Made by a program: the position numbers and the translations under genes. The notes beneath the pieces are model-generated. The model searched no databases. It worked only from the letters and a program-made list of their open reading frames with translations, and was not told the origin of the DNA. Positions 12,001 through 20,316 of a stretch of 64,000 nt of DNA are shown here, piece by piece (the stretch's first letter is position 1; each line of letters opens with the position of its first letter). The stretch is from Candidatus Sysuiplasma jiujiangense (GTDB lineage: Archaea > Thermoplasmatota > Thermoplasmata > Sysuiplasmatales > Sysuiplasmataceae). The stretch spans positions 62,001 to 126,000 of the forward strand of contig JAHEAD010000003.1 of the NCBI GenBank assembly GCA_019721075.1. Reading direction: 5' to 3'.

Positions 12001-14688
12001 TACCTCTCTGTCGGGCAGCAGGATCTTGTTATAAATGATTCAAATTCAGGACCGTCACAACCCTTCCAGATCATATCATCAATAAACATGTCATCGAACA
12101 TAGTGGTGACACAGAGCGGGTACCTGATGGTCTCAAACGGCGGCATCAACTTCATTGAGTCGTACAGCGGAGAATATGCATTCCTTGTGAATCAGACCGG
12201 AAGGACCGTAATTGAAAATTCACTGATAACCTCAAACTACCTTGTAAACCTGTACGTCTTCGGCAGTGCACAACTGGTCCTCATCAACTCGGTTCTGGGT
12301 CCCAATATCAACGTTGTAACCGGCGGAAGTGCTGCAGTGTGGATTAACAACAGTGCGGTGCAGGGCAGCCTTGTTACAGCAGCTTTCTCGGGTGCTGTCA
12401 TCAACTCATTCAACAGCGTATTCTCGAATCCCATATCACTCGGTTACAGCGAAGTTGCAAATCTTTACAATATCTCGGCACCCTCGGTCAGCGCACAGTC
12501 CGGTGCAGCCGCGTACATATACAGATGGCTGACGGTTGATGTATACGGGCAGTCAGGAACAACAATAGGAGGAGCGCTTGTATCTGTTTACACATTTGCA
12601 AACCTCACCGAACCGCACGGTACGCTGTTCTCGCAGGGCTACAGCAACTCAACGGGTGCGGTCGTGTTTGCCGGCCTGTCTGACATAATCAACTCGCACG
12701 GAGACACATACAGGGGAGACTATGTTGTAAACACAAGCTATGTGAATGCAGGCACCTGGTATGCTCCAAACGAGACAATATCACTCGCTCACTACTCAAT
12801 ACCGTTGATCCAGCAGAATTCAATGCTGAGAACAGTTCTTTTCATAAAACTGCCTGATCTTGAAATAAGCTCACAGAACATATTCGTAACGCCGTCGCTC
12901 GTGGTTGAAGAGAGCACGGTGAACATAACTGCACTGGTTTACAACATCGGATACGCTGCAGTTACACAGAATTTCACCGTAGAGTTCGGCATATCAGGCA
13001 ACAACTACAACACAGTCATAGATCAGACGGCAGTAGCGTCCGTCTCGCAGCCCCTGAGCGTCAGCAGCTCCATTCCGCTGCCGGTGATTGCAGAATGGGC
13101 CGTACCTCAACTGTCTGGAAATGTTACCGTGACAGTCAATGTAAATCCTGCCAACGCAACGGGAGTCAGGGCAGTTTCCGAAATAAGCTATACGAACAAT
13201 ATCGCGCAGACAGCTGTTGATGTCTATTCTCTCCCGTACCTGTCTCCGACAAGCATGACCGCATCGGGACCACTGCAGGAGGAGACGAACGTCACATTCA
13301 ATGTCACCGTCCGCAACACAGGGCAGCTGCCGGCAGATAACGTCCCTCTGACAATACTCGAGGGACCATCCGTCGGAAACATAACCACGGCTGTTGCCAA
13401 CACGACAATCCCTGTGATAGCCGCAGACTCTTCGCTGAATGTGGCGGTTGTCTGGACGGCTCCGGCACTTCCGAGCGGTGTTAAGCAGGAGACAATGCTC
13501 TTCCTTGCTGTGGTGAATCCGAATGAAACGATAAAGGAGACAAGTTATACCCAGGACATACTGTCCGCACCGCTTTCCATAAACATCACGATAGCAAAGG
13601 TGAATGCCGCGGTGTTGATTTCGAGCAGCTCGGTAAAAGCCGGAACATACATCGTTCTGACAGTAACCGTCACTTCCCAGGTGACACACAAGCCGATGAA
13701 GTCATTCCCTGTGAACATTGAGCTCTACAATATCAGGGGCCAGCCGCAGTCATCCACGACATTCAGCGGGACGACGAACTCCAACGGCGTCATGATTGCA
13801 AGAATATTCCTGCCCGCATCCCAGACACAGGGGGCATACCACTTCGAAGTGTTTTCCGGCGGCCAGTTCGTGAGCTCTTCACAGTCGTTTAATGTCATCT
13901 CACCGCAGACTTCGACAGGCATACCGCTGCTTTACTGGCTGCTTATCGGCATTGTCATAATAGCCGGATTTGTAGGCGTATCGCTATATCTCTACAGATA
14001 CGGTCTGGCAAGGGTTGTAGAATGCGGCAATTGCGGCGCTTTCATACCCGAGACCTCAAAGAAGTGCTCCTACTGTGGTGTGGAATTCGAGACAGGCACC
14101 GCGAAATGCAGCAACTGCAATTCCTGGATACCTGCCAATTCGAAGGACTGCCCGATATGCGGCGTCAGATTCGTGGACGAGGGAGTGGCTGACAAAGAGG
14201 ACGACACGAACGCCGAAATGAGAAAGGGATACATGGAATTCACCGACAAGTTCAAGGCGCAGGCAAGGGCAGAAATGGGAGGCAAATATTCGGACAAGGC
14301 ATTCCTTTCCTGGTGGAAGAAACAGCCCACTTACCTTTCGTTCGAGGACTGGCTGGCAAGGCAGCAGGAAATGAAGAAGGCAAAAATGATCCAGTGTCCT
14401 TCCTGCGGCGAAATGAATCCGGAGAATTCCATCGAATGCATGAAGTGCGGAACTGTGCTCAAACCTGCAAAGGGCGAGACACCGAAGGAAAAGCCGCCCG
14501 AGACACCGCCGCCGCAGAACATCGAGGGAAAGGCGCCGCCACAGGAGCCCAGGAGAATAGTCGTTCCGAAGCGGATAATAAGGAAGATAGAGGACAGGCC
14601 ACAGGATAAGCCACAACAGCAGGAAAGCCAGCAAACCGACGGTTCCGCAGGCGGGGATCAGCAGAGCAGCAGCGGCGGCAGCCAGTAA
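9037..14688 (+). CDS. Giant membrane-anchored surface protein (1883 aa) with beta-helix-like and CARDB/Ig-like domains, a TM helix and cytoplasmic zinc ribbons
   Basis: N-terminal signal peptide. S/T/N-rich body with many NxS/T sequons and CARDB-like units (PELVVSSSGITFNPSP, PDLEISSQNIFVTPS). TM segment IPLLYWLLIGIVIIAGFVGVSLYLY, then three CxxC...CxxC double zinc ribbons and a Pro/Gln-rich tail. Confidence 0.85.
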   Translation: MQRSRAELIRLACMSVVALFVMSAMFGGIGNTPGANAARPDALISSQQGGNVTVGTGYSLTSWNLSGGTQVMQGNLTIREGGVVRLSNETMMFDEFASSGTYPGASIFHITVEDGGRLIMSHSTVTTNLQLLNDIPVLGVFESNGASILMQDNSSFVFPGQFVVYSSNFTMIDSSISGFSASQFNPNYINESVFPPNVFANPPVSSFYSANVLLQNSKIYMYSLHGPYNQTTVFVEHYPFASDSAQKNSVSYSLEALPTSVFRQAPLADTTTNQNIFNLTAFDQSNYVVQAGHQLSVTNFTTGGLNEPLGAVTLNVEYETSGATSGTPATVYWAYGNTTDPVQQASLINTATYYAPNANNYYTSSITLPGGLTENDLSRIIVWIYVSSGTLLVNKLWFLMTINQPAYKNMTIGGASSFTAIDSFIDANFIDSGALHDAISVADTAHAYLYGVTVNQSVTSGYTGPFVPAIVGQIASMTAKAATFGPSNTASPTELNLLDSNTSTYYNITAGSAMQTYGMNVSGGVSLNTQLKSATLYLYTNTVTAQEVLIGQIGEPISNYVSTGITIGSNGIGQYSANLNSLGITNLNELKNLVVYIDNSGGVTISIKDLRVQAQILPQAYIYRFADVTVHNGQGLPVNNSRLSFKYSSSTPTNVSAGTSAGYYVAPLNNYQMTPPSSVLSYLGKTSSNYNVTNYFGNAVVPLLTDLIDYSTYPDSMFVGNYTMTVIYNGADFGFSMAFEPFPNITAASQLVYFNVSIPVTVPLPLVLVGKPYVTPSFVYQNQTGQITFNITDDAQTGINSITINVSDGANGQLVSSENVVTSLSPLETKTITLPWTFSAAGNNSISVNANPNKTVPESSYSGDFNSTLFYVEPNLPELVVSSSGITFNPSPAFSGKAVVITATIQNTLGRAGVKNLTVGFYYGNPLSGGTLIGTGITSVSAGGTNTTSISWIPTTIGSVPIYVYIDPSQTIVQYSHAGNLNYSVLLIYLSVGQQDLVINDSNSGPSQPFQIISSINMSSNIVVTQSGYLMVSNGGINFIESYSGEYAFLVNQTGRTVIENSLITSNYLVNLYVFGSAQLVLINSVLGPNINVVTGGSAAVWINNSAVQGSLVTAAFSGAVINSFNSVFSNPISLGYSEVANLYNISAPSVSAQSGAAAYIYRWLTVDVYGQSGTTIGGALVSVYTFANLTEPHGTLFSQGYSNSTGAVVFAGLSDIINSHGDTYRGDYVVNTSYVNAGTWYAPNETISLAHYSIPLIQQNSMLRTVLFIKLPDLEISSQNIFVTPSLVVEESTVNITALVYNIGYAAVTQNFTVEFGISGNNYNTVIDQTAVASVSQPLSVSSSIPLPVIAEWAVPQLSGNVTVTVNVNPANATGVRAVSEISYTNNIAQTAVDVYSLPYLSPTSMTASGPLQEETNVTFNVTVRNTGQLPADNVPLTILEGPSVGNITTAVANTTIPVIAADSSLNVAVVWTAPALPSGVKQETMLFLAVVNPNETIKETSYTQDILSAPLSINITIAKVNAAVLISSSSVKAGTYIVLTVTVTSQVTHKPMKSFPVNIELYNIRGQPQSSTTFSGTTNSNGVMIARIFLPASQTQGAYHFEVFSGGQFVSSSQSFNVISPQTSTGIPLLYWLLIGIVIIAGFVGVSLYLYRYGLARVVECGNCGAFIPETSKKCSYCGVEFETGTAKCSNCNSWIPANSKDCPICGVRFVDEGVADKEDDTNAEMRKGYMEFTDKFKAQARAEMGGKYSDKAFLSWWKKQPTYLSFEDWLARQQEMKKAKMIQCPSCGEMNPENSIECMKCGTVLKPAKGETPKEKPPETPPPQNIEGKAPPQEPRRIVVPKRIIRKIEDRPQDKPQQQESQQTDGSAGGDQQSSSGGSQ

Positions 14689-14721
14689 AACGGCGCAAAA
14701 TGAAATCTTTTCAGGGAGCGC

Positions 14722-15489
14722 TCAATAAGCGCTCCATCCGCCGTCTATGCTCACTGCAGAGCCGGTGATGAATGCGGCATCGCCTGAGGAGAGGTATATT
14801 ATCAGTTTCGCCACTTCCTCTGCCTTCCCGAATCTTCCGAGAGGATGCAGTGCCTTGTCCTTTTCCACGGCCATATTTTTGTCGTCCACCCTGTTCAGTG
14901 CCTCCCACATCATTGGCGTCTCGACGTCCCCGGGACAGACTGCATTTACCCGTATGCCGTCACTGGCATAATCAAGGGCCATTGCCTTTGTAAGCTGTAT
15001 GACACCGCCTTTTGAGGCGCAGTAGGCAGCCTCGTTTTTCACACCGACAAGACCGCTGACCGAGGCCACGTTGACTATGCAGCCGCTGCTCTTCCTGAGA
15101 AGAGGAATGGACTGCTTGCTTACAACATAAACTCCCTTGAGGTTGGTATTCATAATCCAGTCCCATTCCTCCTCGCTGGTCTCATCGATCTTCTTTGCGA
15201 TGTAGACGCCCGCATTGTTGACAAGTATGTCGAGGCCGCCGTGCTTCCGTTCAGAAAACGAAACAAGTCTTTCGGCATCGCTCTGGCTGCTCACATTGCC
15301 CTTGAAAAATTCGACACTGCCTTTTCCCCTGATCTGTGCCAGAGCCCTGTTCCCCTTTTCCCTGTTTTTGCCAGTGATTACGACGTTTGCACCCCTTGCC
15401 GCAAAGAGACTGGCGGTTGCCAGACCAATGCCTGATGTTCCTCCTGTTACGATTACCGACTTGCCGTTGAACTCATCTCTCGAGGGCAT
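14722..15489 (-). CDS. SDR family NAD(P)-dependent oxidoreductase
   Basis: Start at MPSRDEF. TGGTSGIG, NNAG, YCASK, PGDVETPM. Confidence 0.92.
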   Translation of the reverse strand: MPSRDEFNGKSVIVTGGTSGIGLATASLFAARGANVVITGKNREKGNRALAQIRGKGSVEFFKGNVSSQSDAERLVSFSERKHGGLDILVNNAGVYIAKKIDETSEEEWDWIMNTNLKGVYVVSKQSIPLLRKSSGCIVNVASVSGLVGVKNEAAYCASKGGVIQLTKAMALDYASDGIRVNAVCPGDVETPMMWEALNRVDDKNMAVEKDKALHPLGRFGKAEEVAKLIIYLSSGDAAFITGSAVSIDGGWSAY

Positions 15490-15615
15490 GATTGATAGTA
15501 ATTCAGAGGAGGTAAATAAGCTGTCTGAATGTTTGCGACCGGGAAAGACTGTTTTGATGGATGACGTGCGGGGCACAGAAATACAGAATAAAACATGATA
15601 ACCAGAGCATCACAA

Positions 15616-15623
15616 TTATATAA
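15616..15623 (+). promoter_or_regulatory. Putative archaeal TATA box of the type IV pilus operon
   Basis: TTATATAA about 30 nt upstream of the GTG at 15653. Confidence 0.5.
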
Positions 15624-15652
15624 CCAACTGAAGGCTTTTTAACCCCGGAACA

Positions 15653-16594
15653 GTGCAGTTGATGCCCATTATAGAGAGAGGGAAGACAGCCATAAGGCCA
15701 TCGAAGAAGATGGCTGACAGGGAGGGAGTGGCCTCTGTAGTCGGAACAATACTGGCGTTACTTGTTTTTCTCTCAATACTTGGAATATTCACAAACCACT
15801 ATGTGCCTTCGATGATGGCCGGCAACGAGCACAACCATGACAGCCAGGTGATAACGCAGATATCGGAGCTCAAACAGGCGATAGACAACATGATGATGTA
15901 TTACATCAACTCCCACTCGAGCACTCTTTCAGCCTACACGCCGCTTACGCTTGGCTCATCCGGCGTGCCGATGTTTGCTACCGGGACCCAGGGACAGCTG
16001 GGCATAGTGCCTGAAGCTGGGATGCAGGATCCTTCATTCTCGGTTGTATTCAATTACACTGCTGACGGCCACAGTTTCTCTGAGAATTCAACGTCTGGAG
16101 GGGGTGTCGTCGTGAACATACCCAACAGGTACTATATCCCTCAGTCAATCCTCTATGAGAATGATGCTGTTATCCTAGGGCAGAGCAGCGGTCAGGTAAT
16201 GCTCGCGAATCCAGGCTTCAATGTCACTAGCAGCGGCAATACAGTTAGTATGCGTTTGCTGCAGTTGTCTGTGGAGACACCGACATCATCAAATGTCACT
16301 TATTCCGGAACAAATACCGTGGGCCTTACTTCGCAGCTGCTTGAATTCTCGCAGGGGACATACAGCGTGAATGGCTCCATCAGAATGCAGATAGTTACGC
16401 CATTCGCCTCAGCATGGGAGAATTTCATAAATTCAGCATTCAGACAGGCAGGACTGAGCCAGGGGCATGGATTGAAGGTGAGTGTCGGAAATCTTAGCTT
16501 TCAGAATTACATTCTGACAGTAACAGTGACACCCAGTAAGGGATTTCAGATTACACTTTCTACCGCGATTGTGAGTATCGCTGCGGAGGAGTGA
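15653..16594 (+). CDS. Type IV pilin-like protein (class III signal peptide)
   Basis: Basic leader, then DREG|VASVVGTILALLVFLSILGIF, a prepilin-peptidase cleavage pattern followed by a hydrophobic helix. First gene of the ATPase/TadBC operon. Exact start uncertain. Confidence 0.8.
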   Translation: MQLMPIIERGKTAIRPSKKMADREGVASVVGTILALLVFLSILGIFTNHYVPSMMAGNEHNHDSQVITQISELKQAIDNMMMYYINSHSSTLSAYTPLTLGSSGVPMFATGTQGQLGIVPEAGMQDPSFSVVFNYTADGHSFSENSTSGGGVVVNIPNRYYIPQSILYENDAVILGQSSGQVMLANPGFNVTSSGNTVSMRLLQLSVETPTSSNVTYSGTNTVGLTSQLLEFSQGTYSVNGSIRMQIVTPFASAWENFINSAFRQAGLSQGHGLKVSVGNLSFQNYILTVTVTPSKGFQITLSTAIVSIAAEE

Positions 16595-16596
16595 AA

Positions 16597-18330
16597 ATGG
16601 CATCAACCGCAGAAACTTCACACGAGAGCGAGACACAGAGAAGGAGCATCCCATCACTCATAGGTGAAAGCTACAAACGCTTCCTTTCAAAGAGAGGGAA
16701 CAGGCGTGTCAAGATCAAAATGCCCAGGGATGAGGTTGACAGGAAGATGGACTGGGCTGAGGGCAAGGGCTCTCCGTACACCGTTATACCCCCCCTCCTC
16801 AAGCCGACTATGGAAGTTGTCGAAATATACCCTGTCAGGAAAATGTATTCCTATATCAGGGTCACATACGACAGCGAATCCAGCGAATACCTTCTTGAAG
16901 CAATCGAACCGCAGCTGACAGAGACCGAGACGAAACTTCTCTCACTGCTGAAGAATTCACTGCAGCGGACGCTCGATTATGAATACAAGCAGCTCTCGCA
17001 GATGGACAGGAAGGAATACCTGAAGCGCAGCATTGAGAGTTTCCTGAGCACAAGGGGCCTTAACCTGACACCCATTACAAAGGACAAGCTTGCATATTAC
17101 ATCATAAGGGACTTCATCGGATACGGTCCTGTGGACATTTTTATAAACGACGTCTTCGGAGAAGACGTGAGCTGTGATGGAGTGGATGTTCCGATATTTG
17201 TATTCCACAAGAAGTACGAGAGCGTCAAAACAAATGTTGTCTTCAGGGATGAAGAACAGCTGAACTCATTTGTTGTCTACATAGGCCAGAAATGCGGTAA
17301 GCAGATAAGCGTTTCAAATCCCATACTTGACGGCACCACCCCTGAAGGTCACAGACTTCAGGCGACCTATGCGAGAGAGGTGACAAGCAGGGGATCCTCA
17401 TTCACCTTCAGGCTGTTCAAGGAAAAGCCGTTCACTCCGGTGGACATGATAAACTACGGGACTGCGTCCCCAGAAATGATAGCATACCTCTGGATGAGCG
17501 TGGAAGCCGGGGAATCCGCAATGATAATAGGAGGAACGGGAAACGGCAAAACTTCCACACTCAACGCGATCTCCCTCTTCATTCCGCCGAGTGCAAAGAT
17601 CGTCACGATGGAGGACACGAGGGAAATAAATCTTCCCCATGAAAACTGGATACCTGGAAGCACAAGATCCGGCGTGGGAGAGAAAAACGCCCAGGGGAAG
17701 GCGCCCGGGGAAATAGACATGTTCGACCTTGTGAGGGCAGCTCTCAGACAGAGACCTAACTACATCATTGTCGGTGAAGTCAGGGGAAAGGAAGCCTACA
17801 CGATGTTTCAGGCAATGGCAACCGGGCACACGACCTACTCGACCATGCATGCAGACAGCGTCAAACTGATGATCAACAGGCTGGAGAATCCGCCAATCAA
17901 CATACCGAGGATACTGCTAACCGCGCTCAGGACGGTTGTGGTACAGCAGCAGGTCAGGGTCGGAAAGGAAAATGCAAGGCGCATCCGGAATATCGTTGAA
18001 CTCATAGGATTCGAGCCGGGCACCAACGAAATCATAACCAACGTTGTCTTTGAATGGGATCAGGTCAAAGATTATTTCAACTTCAAGGGGCACAGTGCCC
18101 TGTTTGACAAACTCATGGATCTGAAAAACTGGACCCACGAGGAGCTGAACGACGAGTTCAACAGAAGGATCGACATAGTGCGGTACATGGTTCTGAGAGA
18201 AATGAACAATCACATGGATATCTGGGCCCTCATCAATAAATATTACAGGGATCAGGAAGGAACGATGCAGATGGTGCGGTCGACACTCAGCAGGACTGTT
18301 AAAGTTGCGGAGGATGCGGTAGTTGTCTAG
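16597..18330 (+). CDS. Type II/IV secretion / pilus assembly ATPase (VirB11/FlaI family), copy 1
   Basis: EDVSCDG, Walker A GGTGNGKTS, EDTRE, LRQRPNYIIVGEVRG, TGH and STMHA. Confidence 0.93.
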   Translation: MASTAETSHESETQRRSIPSLIGESYKRFLSKRGNRRVKIKMPRDEVDRKMDWAEGKGSPYTVIPPLLKPTMEVVEIYPVRKMYSYIRVTYDSESSEYLLEAIEPQLTETETKLLSLLKNSLQRTLDYEYKQLSQMDRKEYLKRSIESFLSTRGLNLTPITKDKLAYYIIRDFIGYGPVDIFINDVFGEDVSCDGVDVPIFVFHKKYESVKTNVVFRDEEQLNSFVVYIGQKCGKQISVSNPILDGTTPEGHRLQATYAREVTSRGSSFTFRLFKEKPFTPVDMINYGTASPEMIAYLWMSVEAGESAMIIGGTGNGKTSTLNAISLFIPPSAKIVTMEDTREINLPHENWIPGSTRSGVGEKNAQGKAPGEIDMFDLVRAALRQRPNYIIVGEVRGKEAYTMFQAMATGHTTYSTMHADSVKLMINRLENPPINIPRILLTALRTVVVQQQVRVGKENARRIRNIVELIGFEPGTNEIITNVVFEWDQVKDYFNFKGHSALFDKLMDLKNWTHEELNDEFNRRIDIVRYMVLREMNNHMDIWALINKYYRDQEGTMQMVRSTLSRTVKVAEDAVVV

Positions 18331-19399
18331 TCAGCAGGATGAGTCAAACCTGTTCAGCAGGTTCGAGGGTGTCAAGAAGAGCTACCTGGGAACAAAAACA
18401 GTAAAGTCAAAGAGGATGCTGGAAGGGCCGCATCCCATCAGGCTTCCTCATGGAACTGTCCCCGACTATGTGAAACTGACGCCCTACCAGCAGTTCTGCT
18501 GGAGAACGATGCACAGGTTTGTCGAGGCACGATTCAGGCAGAACCAGTCGCTTGAGGACAGCCTTATAAAGGCGCATATCAAGATCAGGCCCGAGGAGTA
18601 CACGGCGTACGTATGGATGTCCACAATCATCGTTTTCATTATCGGTATGGCCGTGGGCGTTGTATTCGGCGGTGTCATACTCGCGCTGCTCAACCAGATT
18701 GTTGTTCTCAGAATCTCTGCCCTGATTCTTCCCGCACTGCTGCCTCCGATAATCACTTATTTTGTCCTCAATTCCCTCCCGTCCTCAAAGGCAAACACCA
18801 GGGGAAGGGATATCAACAGGCACATCGGGAGCGCAATGAGCTTCATCTCCGCGCTTGCATCCGCGGATGTCAACATTGATGTAATATTCAGCGAGCTCGC
18901 AAAACAGCCAATTTACGGAGAGGTACAGAAGGAAGCCGAGTGGATTACTAGGGATACAACACTTCTGGGTGTGGACATACTGACAGCAATAAGAAATGCA
19001 GCCGCCAGGACACCCTCGACAAAATTCCAGGACTTCCTGCAGGGTGTTGTGACAACCGCCACTTCCGGAGGCCAGCTGAAGCCTTATTTCCTCGCAAAGG
19101 CCGAACAGTTCGAAAAGGAGGACAAACTCAACACAAAGAGGGATATGGAAACACTCGGCCTCTTTGCAGAGACATTTGTGACTGTTGTTGTGGCATTCCC
19201 CCTCTTCCTTGTCGTCATTATGGCGATAATGGCGATAGTCAACGGCGGCGGTTCCGCGGCACCTGTTGCAGTCCTGTTCGGAACACCGCTGACCTCCACC
19301 GTGCTCCTGCTGTTTGTCGTTGTGCTCCTGATGATACCGGCATCACAGGCAGGCTTCATCTTCTTTGTTTGGAACCTTAGTAAGGAGGCCGCACAATGA
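18323..19399 (+). CDS. Type II secretion system F-family (TadB/TadC/FlaJ-like) membrane platform protein
   Basis: TM helices and GVDILTAIRNAAARTPSTKFQDFLQG. Overlaps the ATPase stop. Confidence 0.88.
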   Translation: MSSQQDESNLFSRFEGVKKSYLGTKTVKSKRMLEGPHPIRLPHGTVPDYVKLTPYQQFCWRTMHRFVEARFRQNQSLEDSLIKAHIKIRPEEYTAYVWMSTIIVFIIGMAVGVVFGGVILALLNQIVVLRISALILPALLPPIITYFVLNSLPSSKANTRGRDINRHIGSAMSFISALASADVNIDVIFSELAKQPIYGEVQKEAEWITRDTTLLGVDILTAIRNAAARTPSTKFQDFLQGVVTTATSGGQLKPYFLAKAEQFEKEDKLNTKRDMETLGLFAETFVTVVVAFPLFLVVIMAIMAIVNGGGSAAPVAVLFGTPLTSTVLLLFVVVLLMIPASQAGFIFFVWNLSKEAAQ

Positions 19400-20313
19400 A
19401 CGCAACAGTCTCATCTTACGTTGATCTCAAGCCGCTGATGAACGTAAGGAAGGATCTGGGCAAGCAGATACTCGCTGTCTCGGTAGCAACAATGTTCATT
19501 TTCCTGCTCATCGGCATCGTAGGTGCCATGAACAGCCAGAATTACTTGGGATTCGGTTTTCTTGACTGGATTGTGCTGGCGCTGGCAGTAATGACCGGAC
19601 CGTACGGTATCTATGCAAGCATGCAGGTCAGGAAAATCGCACTGATTGAAGAAAGGGTGCCGGATTTCCTCAGGGATGTTGCGGAGGCTGGACGATTCGG
19701 AATGACACTGGCGCAGGCCATCCTCATTGCATCTTCGGGAAAGTACGGAAAACTCACGCCTGAGATCAGAAGGATGTCCGCACAGATTGACTGGGGGGTT
19801 CCGGCGACAGAGGCAATCAGGATGTTCTCCGAAAGGATGAACAGCGCACTGATAACAAGAATTTCAAACATAATCATCAAGGCAAGTGACGCGGGAGGGA
19901 ATGTTTCAGATGTACTGAACATGGTTGCGCACGATGCAAGAGAGAGGATACTCGACAGAAAGGAACGGACAATTGCAATGAGCACATACATGGTTGTAAT
20001 CTACATATCATTTGCAGTGTTCCTTGCAACCATATTCATACTCGAGGCAACATTCATACCCGAGATAAAGAAGGCAGGCACGCAGCTCCAGAATGCCGGG
20101 GGGGTCCTCACCACAAGCGGCATATCGCAGGTCAATGTCCTGGCAATAGGACCGGTAACACTCGCGTTCTACATAGCAGTCATTGTTCATGCAACAGGTG
20201 ACGGTATTATGGCTGGAGTAATACAGGACGGGAAGATTACGAACGGAATGAGGCACAGCGCCATCATGCTTGTAATCGGGCTTGTCTTCATGCATTTCCT
20301 GCTGGGGGTCTGA
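19396..20313 (+). CDS. Type II secretion system F-family (TadC-like) membrane platform protein
   Basis: PDFLRDVAEAGRFGMTL, YGKLTPEI, QIDWG and DAGGNVSDVL, plus TM helices. Confidence 0.9.
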   Translation: MNATVSSYVDLKPLMNVRKDLGKQILAVSVATMFIFLLIGIVGAMNSQNYLGFGFLDWIVLALAVMTGPYGIYASMQVRKIALIEERVPDFLRDVAEAGRFGMTLAQAILIASSGKYGKLTPEIRRMSAQIDWGVPATEAIRMFSERMNSALITRISNIIIKASDAGGNVSDVLNMVAHDARERILDRKERTIAMSTYMVVIYISFAVFLATIFILEATFIPEIKKAGTQLQNAGGVLTTSGISQVNVLAIGPVTLAFYIAVIVHATGDGIMAGVIQDGKITNGMRHSAIMLVIGLVFMHFLLGV

Positions 20314-20316
20314 GAA

